Assembly (NCBI GenBank): GCA_012837435.1
Contig: DURD01000030.1
Location: 405-64,404, forward strand
Reading direction: 5' to 3'
DNA: 64,000 nt
Source: Erysipelotrichaceae bacterium
GTDB lineage: Bacteria; Bacillota_I; Bacilli_A; RFN20; CAG-826
A model generated the notes under the pieces. The model did not search any database. It was not told the DNA's origin and saw only the letters and a program-made list of their open reading frames with translations. Position numbers and translations under genes: made by a program. This document shows positions 13,858 through 24,494 of the stretch, one piece after another; within the stretch, counting starts at the first letter, position 1; every line of letters begins with the position of its first letter.

Positions 13858-14750
13858 TTGAAATAATGAATGCCACTAAAAGGTTTGATAAAGTTGAGGC
13901 TATCGCCAACTTAAGTTTAAAAATCGATAAAGGTTTAATCGGTTTAGTTGGTCAGAACGGCGCGGGTAAATCAACTCTTTTTCGCCTAATCAGCGGTGTC
14001 GAATATCTCGATGAAGGCGAAATATTGGTTGATTCATATCTACCGATTACAAAAGAAGCCAAAGAAAAAATTTTCTTCTTACCAGACGATCCTTATGTTC
14101 CGGCTAGAAGCAATCTAGCGGCCATGTTATCTTTTTATGCCACTTTTTATCAAATTGATTACGAAAAATTTTGGTCATTAATAAGGAAGTTTGATTTACC
14201 AGAAGACAAAAGAGTTTCAACTTTTTCAAAAGGCATGCGTAGACAAGCCTTTATCGCTCTTGCATTATCGACTGAATGCGACATCTTGCTACTAGACGAA
14301 GCTTTTGATGGGCTAGATCCAGTGGTCATGGAGAAGATTAAAGACGAACTATTGAAGATGTACGATCAAAAAAATAAAACTATCGTAATCTCCACACACA
14401 ACATTTACGCATTAGAAAAACTTGTCGATAAGTTTATCGTTATTCACGAAGGAAAATTGCAGAGCGATGATTCTTTAGAACATATGGGTGCAACCTTTGA
14501 AAAGTATCAAGGCATTTTCTCTCTACCGTGTGATGAAGATGTTTTAAAGAAACTCGGTTTAGAAGTTATTTCTTATCGAAAAGTTGGTTCGATGACCACG
14601 TTTGTTATCGACACTAAAAACAAAATAGATGTGCAAAAAGTTTTAAAAAAATTGAAACCCAAATTGCTGGAAAATATTGCGATAGACGCAAATGAAATAG
14701 TCATGTTACAAATGATGGTGGCAGAAAAGAGGCAAGAAAATGATAACTAA
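13854..14750 (+). CDS. ABC transporter ATP-binding protein (YtrB-like)
   Basis: Walker A GQNGAGKST, signature FSKGMRRQ, Walker B ILLLDEAFDGLD. Overlaps the GntR stop by 4 nt. Confidence 0.85.
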   Translation: MIEIMNATKRFDKVEAIANLSLKIDKGLIGLVGQNGAGKSTLFRLISGVEYLDEGEILVDSYLPITKEAKEKIFFLPDDPYVPARSNLAAMLSFYATFYQIDYEKFWSLIRKFDLPEDKRVSTFSKGMRRQAFIALALSTECDILLLDEAFDGLDPVVMEKIKDELLKMYDQKNKTIVISTHNIYALEKLVDKFIVIHEGKLQSDDSLEHMGATFEKYQGIFSLPCDEDVLKKLGLEVISYRKVGSMTTFVIDTKNKIDVQKVLKKLKPKLLENIAIDANEIVMLQMMVAEKRQENDN

Positions 14751-15882
14751 ATACATTAAAAGATTAGTTTTTAAAGAGTGGCTTCCTATCACCGCTGTTT
14801 TTGGTCTTACTTCTTTGGCTTTGTTTATTACCCATTGTTTGAATGTCGAAATATATAAAGATCCATACTACTACGGTGATATTTTTGACACTTTAATTCC
14901 TATTTACATGAAAATAACGTTTGATTTTGTTTATTTATCGATACCTATCAGTATATTTGCTTTAGTTATGCCCATTTTTGTGTATTCGTATCGTTTTAAG
15001 ATTCAAAGGTGCGATACATATTATCAATTACCTTTTGCTCCAAAAAGATTGAAAAATATCCGTCTTCTAACGGGATTAGGCATAGTGTTAGCAATATATA
15101 CTACTGTATTTATTTTGGGGTTCACCTTGATAACAATACTCTACTATTGTTCACCAGCGACAAAAGACGTTTTTAAAGCAGAAATTTCCCAAGCAATTAC
15201 TATAAATCGGGCAACATATAATCCCTTAATGCTACTTGCTACTTATGGCATTGGTTTATTAACCATCAGTGGAGTTTATTTTCAATCTTGTTTCTTTACT
15301 TCTTTAACTAATACGGTTCTATCCGCGCTTGTCTTAAATATGGCGGCACAAACATTTTTCTCCCTGATTGGCTATGGTCTATTCAATATTTCAAATACCA
15401 GCCCGTACACAACTTGGGTTTTATTGTCTCCAAGTATTATCGGCGCAAATGGAATGGTTCAAACATTTTCATATTCTTATGTTCTAGATCCTTCCTCATA
15501 TGAATTTGATATTGTTGAACATGGCGGTCTTCCCTATTATATTCCTGTTATTCTTTGCGTAGTTAGTTTGTTAATTTTCGCAGTTTTCGCGATTTTTGTC
15601 ATCTTAGAAAAAGATCCAAGTGGAGAAAGTGCTGGTCAGCCCGCTACAAGAAATAAGGCATTAGATTACATAATCTACGGTTCAATAATAGCAGAACTAT
15701 TAGCAGTGGCAGTAAGTTCAGACCATGCAATGTGGTTTGGAGCTGTCATCACGGGAATTGTTTATTTCAGCTATCGTTATTTAATTTCTAGTTTATTCTT
15801 CCATAGCGCTAAATTATCGCACCCTCATTACATAATTATGGGGATTTCATCTATCATATATATCGTTTTGTCGATATGCTGA
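14740..15882 (+). CDS. putative ABC transporter permease / polytopic membrane protein
   Basis: 380-aa multi-TM ORF overlapping the ATPase gene by 11 nt. The permease role is inferred from operon context only. Confidence 0.5.
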   Translation: MITKYIKRLVFKEWLPITAVFGLTSLALFITHCLNVEIYKDPYYYGDIFDTLIPIYMKITFDFVYLSIPISIFALVMPIFVYSYRFKIQRCDTYYQLPFAPKRLKNIRLLTGLGIVLAIYTTVFILGFTLITILYYCSPATKDVFKAEISQAITINRATYNPLMLLATYGIGLLTISGVYFQSCFFTSLTNTVLSALVLNMAAQTFFSLIGYGLFNISNTSPYTTWVLLSPSIIGANGMVQTFSYSYVLDPSSYEFDIVEHGGLPYYIPVILCVVSLLIFAVFAIFVILEKDPSGESAGQPATRNKALDYIIYGSIIAELLAVAVSSDHAMWFGAVITGIVYFSYRYLISSLFFHSAKLSHPHYIIMGISSIIYIVLSIC

Positions 15883-15907
15883 TGAACCTTAGGAAAATTT
15901 TAGAATG

Positions 15908-15940
15908 AGCTCTTTGTGAAAAAGAGCTTTTCTTTTCTTT
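15908..15940 (+). terminator. rho-independent terminator of the GntR-ABC operon
   Basis: Stem agctcttt/aaagagct, loop gtgaa, then ttttcttttcttt. Confidence 0.7.
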
Positions 15941-15984
15941 GAAGATTTTGTTTTAATGAGTAAAATATGTTCGAGGACGATTTT

Positions 15985-17628
15985 ATGGAAGAAGTTAGCA
16001 ATTTTATCAAAACTATCATGAAAAAGGATTTGGAAGAAGGACGCGTTGACCAAATTGTCACTCGTTTTCCTCCTGAACCTAATGCCTATTTGCACATCGG
16101 TCACGCGCGAGCCATCGTCAATAATTTTGAACTCGCTAAAACGTTTGGGGGGTACACCAATCTAAGATTTGATGACACTAATCCTGTCACTGAAGATGAG
16201 GAATATGTGGACGCTATTATCGAAGATGTAAGATGGCTTGGCTACGAACCTAAGAACATATTTTTTGGGAGTGATTATTTTGAAAAAACCTATGAAAAAG
16301 CTATTCTTCTCATCAAGAAAGGTTTAGCCTACGTCGATGACCTTTCGCCTAAAGAAATGACTCTTTATCGTGGAACATTAAAAAAACCAGGTAAAAACTC
16401 TCCGTATCGTGAGCGTTCAGTTGAAGAAAATTTAAAGTTGTTCCAAGAAATGCGAGAGGGAAAATACGCTGAAGGAGAAAAGACACTAAGAGCAAAAATT
16501 GATATGGCTTCGCCAAACATCAATATGCGCGACCCCGTAATGTATCGAATTTTACATGTCGAGCACCATCGTCAAGGTAACAAGTGGTGCATTTATCCTA
16601 TGTATGATTTTGCCCATCCTTTGCAAGATGCTTTTGAAGGTATTACTCATTCATTATGTTCACTAGAATATGATAATCACCGTGTCTTGTACGACTGGTT
16701 TGTGGAACACTGCGATTTAGAACATACCCCTCATCAATATGAATGGGGTAGATTAAATATTACTAACACCGTGATGAGCAAGAGATATCTCCGTCAATTA
16801 GTGGAGAATCACTATGTCACGGGTTATGACGATCCTCGTATGCCCACTCTTGTAGGTTTAAAAAGAAAAGGCTTTACTCCTGAAGCGATTAAAAGATTTA
16901 TTATCTATACAGGGTTATCGAGAATTAACAGCACGACCGAAGCGGATAATTTAGATACATTTTTAAGGGATGAACAAAAACTGATTGCCCCTCGTCCGAT
17001 GGCGGTCATAAACCCCTTGAAAGTAGTGATAGACAATTATCCAGAAAATGAAATTGAATATCTAGAAGCTTCTAACAATATGGAAAACGAAGCCTTAGGA
17101 ACACGCAATATTGCTTTTGGGAAATACCTATACATCGAACAAGAGGATTTTATGGAAGTGAAACCTAACCGCAAATGGAAAAGACTCTCCGTCGGCGATG
17201 AGGTACGATTGATGCACGCCTATTTCATTAAATGCCACAACGTGATTAAAAATGAAGAAGGTCAGATTGTTGAAATCCATTGCACTTACGATCCAGAAAC
17301 CAAATCAGGCTCTGGCTTTGAAGGAAGAAAACCTAATGGCACGATTCACTTTGTCGAAGCCACGACAGCATTAAAAGCCACTTTTAATCATTTTGAACCA
17401 CTAGTGTTTGACAAAACCGAAGAAACAAAGGATAAGAGTTTCATCGAAAGACTAAATCCTCATTCTTGGATTAAGCTGAATGGATATGTCGAACCTTCCT
17501 TAAAAGACACCAAACCATTGGATCGTTTTCAGTTTATTAGAAACGGCTATTACTGCACGGATAAAGAGTCGAAAAATGATAATCTTATTTTTAATCGAAT
17601 TTGTCCTTTAAAATCATCTTTTAATTAA
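15985..17628 (+). CDS. glnS: glutamine--tRNA ligase
   Basis: TRFPPEPNAYLHIGHARA (HIGH) and VMSKR (KMSKS variant), with overall GlnRS-like layout. The ATG at 15985 has a gagga SD 7 nt upstream. The track start at 15967 is an alternative. Confidence 0.85.
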   Translation: MEEVSNFIKTIMKKDLEEGRVDQIVTRFPPEPNAYLHIGHARAIVNNFELAKTFGGYTNLRFDDTNPVTEDEEYVDAIIEDVRWLGYEPKNIFFGSDYFEKTYEKAILLIKKGLAYVDDLSPKEMTLYRGTLKKPGKNSPYRERSVEENLKLFQEMREGKYAEGEKTLRAKIDMASPNINMRDPVMYRILHVEHHRQGNKWCIYPMYDFAHPLQDAFEGITHSLCSLEYDNHRVLYDWFVEHCDLEHTPHQYEWGRLNITNTVMSKRYLRQLVENHYVTGYDDPRMPTLVGLKRKGFTPEAIKRFIIYTGLSRINSTTEADNLDTFLRDEQKLIAPRPMAVINPLKVVIDNYPENEIEYLEASNNMENEALGTRNIAFGKYLYIEQEDFMEVKPNRKWKRLSVGDEVRLMHAYFIKCHNVIKNEEGQIVEIHCTYDPETKSGSGFEGRKPNGTIHFVEATTALKATFNHFEPLVFDKTEETKDKSFIERLNPHSWIKLNGYVEPSLKDTKPLDRFQFIRNGYYCTDKESKNDNLIFNRICPLKSSFN

Positions 17629-17686
17629 AGGAAAATAACAATAAACTCTTACAATATCGATAAAAAAATGGCATAATATACGTGTT

Positions 17687-18184
17687 ATGACAGATTTTAA
17701 AGTAAACGATTCAGTAATTCATTGCCGCGAAGGATTATCCAAGATATTTGCTATCAATACCATCAACGAATGCAATTATTTTTTGGTGCGCGCTAAAGGA
17801 AATCACGGCGAAACAATTTATGTTCCTTTTTCTTCCGCTAACGACATTATTAGGCCGATTATGACAAAAAAAGAAGCTGATGAGTTGTTGAAATACATGA
17901 AAAATATTAAAAAGGAATTTAATACCAATACCAAACAGAGAAGAGACGAATACAAAAGAAAACTGCTGTCTGGTGATGTGAAAGAAATTGCTTATTTATC
18001 CCGCCAAATTTATTTCTATTTTAAAATTGGTGGAGAAAATAACACGGAGATTAAACTGGGACCAGTGGATTTTGATATGCTCAATTACGCCCACAACATG
18101 TTGATGGATGAACTAGCTCTTACTTATGACAAGACTAGAGATGAAATAGAGAGTTTTGTTGCGAGACGAATCGCTAAATTATAA
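17687..18184 (+). CDS. CarD/CdnL-family RNA polymerase-binding regulator (putative)
   Basis: N-terminal FKVNDSVIH Tudor-like start. C-terminal RRDEYKRKLLSGDVKEIAYLSRQIY resembles the CarD RYxxNxxKLxSGD segment. Confidence 0.6.
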   Translation: MTDFKVNDSVIHCREGLSKIFAINTINECNYFLVRAKGNHGETIYVPFSSANDIIRPIMTKKEADELLKYMKNIKKEFNTNTKQRRDEYKRKLLSGDVKEIAYLSRQIYFYFKIGGENNTEIKLGPVDFDMLNYAHNMLMDELALTYDKTRDEIESFVARRIAKL

Positions 18185-18835
18185 AGCCTTCCAAGTAAGT
18201 ATTTTTTGATATAAATCACTAACGTTAGAAATTGATGTGTCATTAGGGCACATTTTTTCTAATTCTTCTTTAGTTCGATATCCATAATTCACTAGCAGAT
18301 ATTTTATTCCAGCGTTGTTCGCGCTCGCTAAATCGATGTCGGTATCGCCAATATACAAACAATCTTCTCTTTTAATATCATTTTCTATCAGTATTTTACT
18401 AATCAAATAGGGGTGAGGTTTTTTAGGTTCGTCGTGATAAGAACCTTGTATAACATCGAAAATATTAGGAAAATATCGATTAATGATTTTTAAAGTTAAA
18501 GGATGATCTTTATTAGAAACTACGATTAGACAGAAGTCATTTTTCAATTTTAGGAGCATTTCTTCGATTTCTGGATAGGGTTTTGTGTAGTCGCAACAAT
18601 GGATTGAATAGTAGTCTTTAAAAACATCGAACACTTTCTCTCTCATCTCATCAGTAGTATTTTTAGGTAGGCATTTTTTAATGAGAACCTTTGTTCCATT
18701 ACCGATGGATTTTCTCACGTGCTCCACATCTACTTTTGGCATATTGAAATGAACTAGTGCATAATTTACCGCCTCAGATAAATCGATAATAGTATCTAGA
18801 ATCGTTCCATCTAAATCAAAGATTAATGTTTTCAT
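18179..18835 (-). CDS. HAD-superfamily hydrolase (phosphoglycolate phosphatase-like)
   Basis: Motif I LIFDLDGTILDT, motif III K, motif IV GDTDIDLASANNAG. Confidence 0.75.
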   Translation of the reverse strand: MKTLIFDLDGTILDTIIDLSEAVNYALVHFNMPKVDVEHVRKSIGNGTKVLIKKCLPKNTTDEMREKVFDVFKDYYSIHCCDYTKPYPEIEEMLLKLKNDFCLIVVSNKDHPLTLKIINRYFPNIFDVIQGSYHDEPKKPHPYLISKILIENDIKREDCLYIGDTDIDLASANNAGIKYLLVNYGYRTKEELEKMCPNDTSISNVSDLYQKILTWKAL

Positions 18836-19563
18836 AGATTGATTTTTTCGATAACTTTTACTACATCCTCGTTAAAAACGAGATTACACATACTATCGAA
18901 AGGCGTGGCTTCTTTGTTAATCAACACCAAATGTTGTCCCTTGAAATAGCGAATAAAACCCGCCGCGGGATACACTTTCAAAGAAGTGCCAATTACTATC
19001 ATCACATCAGAAGTCATTATGGCATTAATCGCTAGAGAAATAACATTTTGATCCAAGGATTCTTCGTACAAAACAACATTAGGTTTAATGATTCCGCCAC
19101 ATTGATCGCAATAAGGAATAGAAGGAGCTTTTAGAATGCTATCCAAATCATATAAACGGCCGCATTTTGTACAAAAATTTTGATGAATAGTGCCGTGCAG
19201 TTCATAGACTTTTTTTGAACCACCCTTTTGGTGTAATCCATCAATATTTTGAGTGACGACAATGACATTTTTACCCTTCTTTTCTAAATTGCCAAAGTAT
19301 CGATGCGCCACATTTGGTTCGGCTTTTGGGTAGCACATTTTTTGTTTATAAAATTCATAAAATGATTCGGGATATCTTTTAAAAAATGAGTGAGAAATGA
19401 TTTCTTCTGGTGAAACTTTGAATTTAGTTTTTTGATTATATATTCCTTCGGCGCTCCTAAAATCAGGGATGCCACTGGGGACAGATATTCCCGCGCCCGT
19501 AAAGACCACAATCTGTTTAGCTTCCTCAATTATTTTCTTAAGAGTTTGATATTTGTTTTCCAT
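18832..19563 (-). CDS. cobB: NAD-dependent protein deacylase (Sir2/CobB family)
   Basis: GAGISVPSGIPDFRS, QNIDGLH, and zinc ribbon CTKCG...CDQCGG. The track N-terminus (to 19626) is an extension. The Met at 19563 gives MENKYQTLKKII just before the Rossmann motif. Confidence 0.85.
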   Translation of the reverse strand: MENKYQTLKKIIEEAKQIVVFTGAGISVPSGIPDFRSAEGIYNQKTKFKVSPEEIISHSFFKRYPESFYEFYKQKMCYPKAEPNVAHRYFGNLEKKGKNVIVVTQNIDGLHQKGGSKKVYELHGTIHQNFCTKCGRLYDLDSILKAPSIPYCDQCGGIIKPNVVLYEESLDQNVISLAINAIMTSDVMIVIGTSLKVYPAAGFIRYFKGQHLVLINKEATPFDSMCNLVFNEDVVKVIEKINL

Positions 19564-19702
19564 ATCTAAATGATACCATGACTGAGAAAATATGTTCAGA
19601 AAGAAAAATACTCGTCTACATATCAATATAAAATATGTGAAAAATACTGTCCTATGTGTATAATACTCGTGAGACAGTTGTGGCTCATTATTTGTAAATT
19701 AT

Positions 19703-21574
19703 ATGGGAAAAATAAAGTTCACTCTTACATACATTATTTTTTGGTTAATTGTAGTATTTTCGTGTTTGCTGATAGAGAATTTTGCTCTTTTTTCCTATAA
19801 TCCTCTAGAAGGTTTTTCTCTTGATAGTGCAATTATTTTATCGTTATTTACTATCTTGTTACTGGCCATTTATTATTTTTATGAACATAAATACAACAAA
19901 ATGACTTTTGATAAAATTCTCTTACCAACCATTGTCGTTTTATGTCTTCTTTTTATTTTGACAATTTGGTGGCAAGGAGCACCTACTTTCGTCAATCCAG
20001 ATAGTGGAGCAACGGTTACAGTCTCTTTTAGCGCCAAAGAGAAATGGTCCTATTCTTTACAAGTTGTCATTTCAGGAGCAGTGCTATATGGCATACTTTT
20101 TGCCGTTAACCGTTACCATATCGTTCACAAATGGCTGAGATGGCTTATTTTTGTCTATGTTCTAGCAGTTCTAGTTTGCACTATTATTGATGTAGTAATG
20201 GAGTTTGATGTCATTAAAGCGGTCTTTGATGGCACTAGCACAGGAGAGGGATTAAACTTCGTTTTTTATAATGAAAATTTATGGGCAAACTTCGTGATGG
20301 TCTCGGTTTTAAGCGCTTTGATATTGAATCTAAAAAAATTCAACTTGTTTTATTATCTCTCTATGGTTCATTTTTGTATATACGGCATCTTTACGACTTG
20401 TGCAACCACGATAATAATTAGCTTTGTCGTTCTTATTTCTTATACTTTTTATGAAATTATTGCCTATTTTAGACGCAACTTTAAAAAAGCCTTGCTGCTT
20501 TTAATAACTTACTTAGCGTTTTTGTGTTTATTGGTGGTCGGCGCTATTGTATTTGTTCGTTTGGGTTCAAACATATTTGCTAATTTTTGGAAATTTATTT
20601 ACACTAACGTTTTTCGAAAAGATTATTTAACTTTTTCATCGAGAACAAATATATGGAAAGCCACTTTTATGCTTCTTATGGACCGACCTATTAATTTAAT
20701 ATTTGGTTTAGGTTTCAAAACTTCAAATGTCATTTTTTCTTCGCATTATAGATTGATGTTCGATCAAGGTTTTGCTCCGCGAAGTTGCCATAATGGATTT
20801 ATTGAAATTTTACTGCGCCACGGAATTATCGGTCTACTCTTCTACCTAATGGCTCTTGGTCTATTTGTCACAGGAATTGTTAAATTGATTAGATTTAAAA
20901 AGTATCGAACTGCCTTTTTTTACGGTCTTTGTTTTTTAGCTCTAATCGCGCACAGCATGATGGAATCAACAACTTTTTTAACCACAAACGTTAGTGGCCT
21001 ATACATGACGGTAATCTTTTTTATGCCAGTAATTTCTTTAATCCAGAATAAAAAAATTAATGAAACCAAAAATTATTTAGCAAATATGGATGTCTCTCGA
21101 CCTTTGTTTGATCGAAAAAAACTTTCTAACTTTCTAGCACCTATTTCGTTAGGGATATCAATTTCTTTACTGCTTTCTTTTACTTTGCCCATTACCTCAA
21201 ATCATTTTGTGGGATATATTTATCTATCTTTAGCTATCTTGAGTCTTCTCGTATTTTTAGTCGCACCTCTATTTGATCGGAGCGTTAAAAATGTTACTGA
21301 TTATTTTAAAACTATAGTCCGTCAAAATATCATAAATAATTTCTTAACCATAACTTTAACTGTATTCGCAGGGATTATTTCTTCATTTATTTTAAGACAA
21401 TTTTTTCTCGTAGATGTTTTCTCATCTATGATTTACGTTTTCTTTGTTCTTGCCATTTATCTATGGAGTTTTTCTATTTTAAACAAAAACGAACAATTGA
21501 TTGCTTTTTCCTATATAAATGGTAGTTTATTGGGTAAAATGAAAAAATACATTATCGAGGAACAGCATGGCTAA
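19703..21574 (+). CDS. large polytopic membrane protein with an O-antigen ligase/polymerase-like (Wzy_C) region
   Basis: 623 aa with many TM helices. Segment RSCHNGFIEILLRHGIIGLLFYL resembles the Wzy_C/RfaL signature. An extended -10 tgtataat lies at 19657-19664. Confidence 0.55.
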   Translation: MGKIKFTLTYIIFWLIVVFSCLLIENFALFSYNPLEGFSLDSAIILSLFTILLLAIYYFYEHKYNKMTFDKILLPTIVVLCLLFILTIWWQGAPTFVNPDSGATVTVSFSAKEKWSYSLQVVISGAVLYGILFAVNRYHIVHKWLRWLIFVYVLAVLVCTIIDVVMEFDVIKAVFDGTSTGEGLNFVFYNENLWANFVMVSVLSALILNLKKFNLFYYLSMVHFCIYGIFTTCATTIIISFVVLISYTFYEIIAYFRRNFKKALLLLITYLAFLCLLVVGAIVFVRLGSNIFANFWKFIYTNVFRKDYLTFSSRTNIWKATFMLLMDRPINLIFGLGFKTSNVIFSSHYRLMFDQGFAPRSCHNGFIEILLRHGIIGLLFYLMALGLFVTGIVKLIRFKKYRTAFFYGLCFLALIAHSMMESTTFLTTNVSGLYMTVIFFMPVISLIQNKKINETKNYLANMDVSRPLFDRKKLSNFLAPISLGISISLLLSFTLPITSNHFVGYIYLSLAILSLLVFLVAPLFDRSVKNVTDYFKTIVRQNIINNFLTITLTVFAGIISSFILRQFFLVDVFSSMIYVFFVLAIYLWSFSILNKNEQLIAFSYINGSLLGKMKKYIIEEQHG

Positions 21575-22025
21575 AGTAGAGACGGGTATTAAGATAATTT
21601 CTAGTAACAAAAAAGCCCATTTCAATTATTTTTTAAGCGAATTTACGGAATGTGGTCTCGTTTTAGTGGGCACCGAAATTAAGTCGTTAAGAACTCATGG
21701 TTGCTCATTAAACGATGCTTACATCATCATTCGAAATGGAGAAATGGAAGTTTTAAACATGCACATTAATCCTTATGAAAAAGGCAATATATTTAACCAT
21801 GACCCTCTGAGAAATAGAAAATTACTTTTGCACAAAAGAGAAATAAAATTTTTTGATGAAAAGGTAAAAAGAGAGGGCTATACTATCGTTCCAACAAGAG
21901 TCTATTTAAAAAGAGGCAGGGCGAAAATGGAAATCGCTCTAGCCAAAGGTAAGAAGCTTTATGATAAAAGAGAAACTATCAAAGAGAGAGACATTAAACG
22001 CAAATTAAAAAGTGGAGAAGAATAA
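21567..22025 (+). CDS. smpB: SsrA-binding protein
   Basis: 152 aa. NKKAHFNYFL, GTEIKSLR and LLLHKREI motifs. Confidence 0.9.
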   Translation: MAKVETGIKIISSNKKAHFNYFLSEFTECGLVLVGTEIKSLRTHGCSLNDAYIIIRNGEMEVLNMHINPYEKGNIFNHDPLRNRKLLLHKREIKFFDEKVKREGYTIVPTRVYLKRGRAKMEIALAKGKKLYDKRETIKERDIKRKLKSGEE

Positions 22026-23253
22026 AGTGAAAACCCTTGATTTAAAAACATATTTCAATGAAATTGGTCATAGCGAATATCAGCGAGAGAACTTTGATAC
22101 TTTTTTAAAAAAGATAGGTTTTAATTATGCTGTCCCAACGATTCATATCGCGGGGAGCAACGGGAAAGGGAGCACCGCTAATTACTTAGCAAATATCTAT
22201 CGGGAACATGGCTTAAAAGTTGGCCTTTTCACCTCTCCATATTTGATTCGTGTCAATGAAATGATTAATATTGATGGCCAAGATATAAGCGATGAAGATT
22301 TTATTAAAGCATTAAAAGAAAACGATAAACTATTTAAAAAATATTCCTTATCTCCTTTTGAAATTCAAACATACATTGCCCTAGCATATTTCCAAAAAAA
22401 CAAATGCGATATCGCCATTGTAGAATGTGGAATGGGAGGAGAAATTGACGCCACAAATATCTTCATTCCTGTCGTTTCAGTAATCACTTCTATTTCTCTT
22501 GAACACACCGTTTATTTAGGGCGTTCTTTGTGTGAAATAGCTTATCAAAAAGCCGGCATTATTAAAGAAGAAATTCCTGTAATTACTGGCATTTTAGAAG
22601 ATGAAGCTATCAATACAATTGTGGAAGTGGCTAAAGATAAAAAATCACAGGTTTTAGTGTCAGTTGAACCGACGAATGTAGTGTATGAAAATCGAGGATT
22701 TAATTTTTCATATTTAACTTATAAAAATCTGAGAATAAATTCATCGGCTTATTACTCTTTAAAAGATGCGTGTATCGCTTTAGAAGTCATCATCAAATTA
22801 ATGGATTATTTTAGAGTAAATGAAGAAGAAATTAGGGCAGGTTTAGCTAGAACTTTTATGCCAGTAAGAATGGAAATAATTCAAGAAAATCCCTTGATTG
22901 TCGTCGATGGGTCGCACAATCCCGAGGGTATCCTAAACATGACAAAATCACTCAACGACATCGCTGAAAATCGCCCAGTCCACATTTTATTCGCGTGCTT
23001 TAAAGATAAAAACGTCGAGAGAATGCTCGCTTATTTAGGAGAATATAGCACCGATATTACACTTACGACATTTCCTCACAATAGAGCTAGAAAGAAAGAG
23101 GATTATTTTTTGTTTTTAGATGATTTTAATTTTGAAGAAAACGCCCTTATTTGTTTAGATGAATTAAAGGAAAAATATCCCGAGGATTTCATTCTTATTA
23201 CGGGTTCTTTAGCCTTTGCTTCTTACGTTAAAGAAAAGATAAAAAGAGGTTAA
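22012..23253 (+). CDS. folC: folylpolyglutamate synthase / dihydrofolate synthase
   Basis: Mur-ligase P-loop HIAGSNGKGST. 413 aa. Start is uncertain: GTG at 22012 or GTG at 22027. Confidence 0.8.
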   Translation: MEKNKVKTLDLKTYFNEIGHSEYQRENFDTFLKKIGFNYAVPTIHIAGSNGKGSTANYLANIYREHGLKVGLFTSPYLIRVNEMINIDGQDISDEDFIKALKENDKLFKKYSLSPFEIQTYIALAYFQKNKCDIAIVECGMGGEIDATNIFIPVVSVITSISLEHTVYLGRSLCEIAYQKAGIIKEEIPVITGILEDEAINTIVEVAKDKKSQVLVSVEPTNVVYENRGFNFSYLTYKNLRINSSAYYSLKDACIALEVIIKLMDYFRVNEEEIRAGLARTFMPVRMEIIQENPLIVVDGSHNPEGILNMTKSLNDIAENRPVHILFACFKDKNVERMLAYLGEYSTDITLTTFPHNRARKKEDYFLFLDDFNFEENALICLDELKEKYPEDFILITGSLAFASYVKEKIKRG

Positions 23254-23254
23254 T

Positions 23255-24043
23255 ATGAATTTGATTAAAACCAACTTATCAACTATCCATAAAATTTGTT
23301 TAGCAGGCCTATTCATACCTTTAATAGTGATTATGCAAAAAGTTCTCGCGGTTAATTATTTAGCCTTTGCCCCTTTTATTCGCTTGTCTTTTGGAGGCCC
23401 GGCTTTAATCATTTTTTCTTCGATTCTTCTAGGTCCTATTTACGGATTATTAATTGGTATTTGTAGCGATTTACTGGGATACTTGATATTCGATCCAAGA
23501 ACTTATCCTCCCTACTTACAAATAACGGCAATTTATGCTCTTCTAGGATTAGCGGCTTACTTTATCTTTTCTTTAGTTTTTTCGCTTAAAAACAAGACTG
23601 TAATGGCTATGATTGAAATAATTTCTTTTGCGGTAATTTGGCTTCTTATCAGTGGCTTCGTAATTTTCAGCAAACAGATTACTTTATTCTCATCGACTTA
23701 TGAAGTTCCTCTAATCGCAAAAATATTGATTCCGAGTATTTCTTTTATAATTTTTATTGGCTTAATTTTGTTTTCTTTGTTATATAAGAGTAAAGAAGGC
23801 GACCCATATGCTTCACCTCTCCATATTTGTTTTGCTTCCTTCATTTGCGACTTTTTCATTATTGTAATATTCGGTTCGATTATGAAAGCTTGGGCTTTTG
23901 GATTTCAAACCTTTTTAGCCATCATTATTTGTCAAGCTATCACGATGTTTTTGAACGTTTTAATCGATACCATTTTCATTGTCACTTTTTTGAAATTTAG
24001 CAAAAAATATTTTTTAAAGGAGATCGATGATGTCAAAAGATAA
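23255..24043 (+). CDS. membrane protein, possibly an ECF-transporter S component (FolT-like)
   Basis: N-terminal half has an S-component-like pattern (LLGPIYGLLIGICSDLLGYLIF). Adjacent to folC. Longer (262 aa) than typical S components. Confidence 0.4.
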   Translation: MNLIKTNLSTIHKICLAGLFIPLIVIMQKVLAVNYLAFAPFIRLSFGGPALIIFSSILLGPIYGLLIGICSDLLGYLIFDPRTYPPYLQITAIYALLGLAAYFIFSLVFSLKNKTVMAMIEIISFAVIWLLISGFVIFSKQITLFSSTYEVPLIAKILIPSISFIIFIGLILFSLLYKSKEGDPYASPLHICFASFICDFFIIVIFGSIMKAWAFGFQTFLAIIICQAITMFLNVLIDTIFIVTFLKFSKKYFLKEIDDVKR

Positions 24044-24239
24044 GACGCCAAAAGATGATTTGGCTGACGACAGTGTTGAAAAAGAAACACCAACATTAGA
24101 AGACGGAGAACAGGCTAATAACTCGATTGATTCTAAAGAGGAGCCTTTTTATTTTCCTTGGTCGACTTTAATCATCTGCGGCATTTTAATCGTCTTAATG
24201 ATTATTTGTTTTGTGGTGATAATGGTCCTAGAAAATTAG
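24027..24239 (+). CDS. small acidic protein with a C-terminal TM anchor (hypothetical)
   Basis: 70-aa ORF overlapping the upstream gene by 17 nt, with one C-terminal hydrophobic helix. Confidence 0.4.
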   Translation: MMSKDKTPKDDLADDSVEKETPTLEDGEQANNSIDSKEEPFYFPWSTLIICGILIVLMIICFVVIMVLEN

Positions 24240-24271
24240 TGAAAACAGCCAATAAAAAGATTTCAAAATAC

Positions 24272-24300
24272 TTTACAAGCGCGTATGTTGATGGTAAATT
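24272..24300 (+). promoter_or_regulatory. putative promoter of rpmG-secE-nusG
   Basis: tttaca, 17 nt, taaatt. Confidence 0.5.
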
Positions 24301-24332
24301 GTATAAGTTAATTGTGCTAGGGAGGTCAAAAG

Positions 24333-24479
24333 ATGAGAGAAAAAGTCCTTTTGATTTGTGAAGAGTGCCTCTCGAGAAACTATACCACCACAATTAAAAA
24401 AGAAGGGGGAAAGAACCTTCAAATTAAAAAATATTGTCAGCGTTGCAACAAGGTAACGCTGCATAAAATTAGCAAATAA
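24333..24479 (+). CDS. rpmG: 50S ribosomal protein L33 (48 aa, below the ORF-track cutoff)
   Basis: Hand translation: [48 protein letters not shown], with CxxC...CxxC zinc ribbon. SD gggagg at 24320-24325. Canonical position before secE-nusG. Confidence 0.85.
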   Translation: MREKVLLICEECLSRNYTTTIKKEGGKNLQIKKYCQRCNKVTLHKISK

Positions 24480-24494
24480 CAGGAGGATCTTCAC

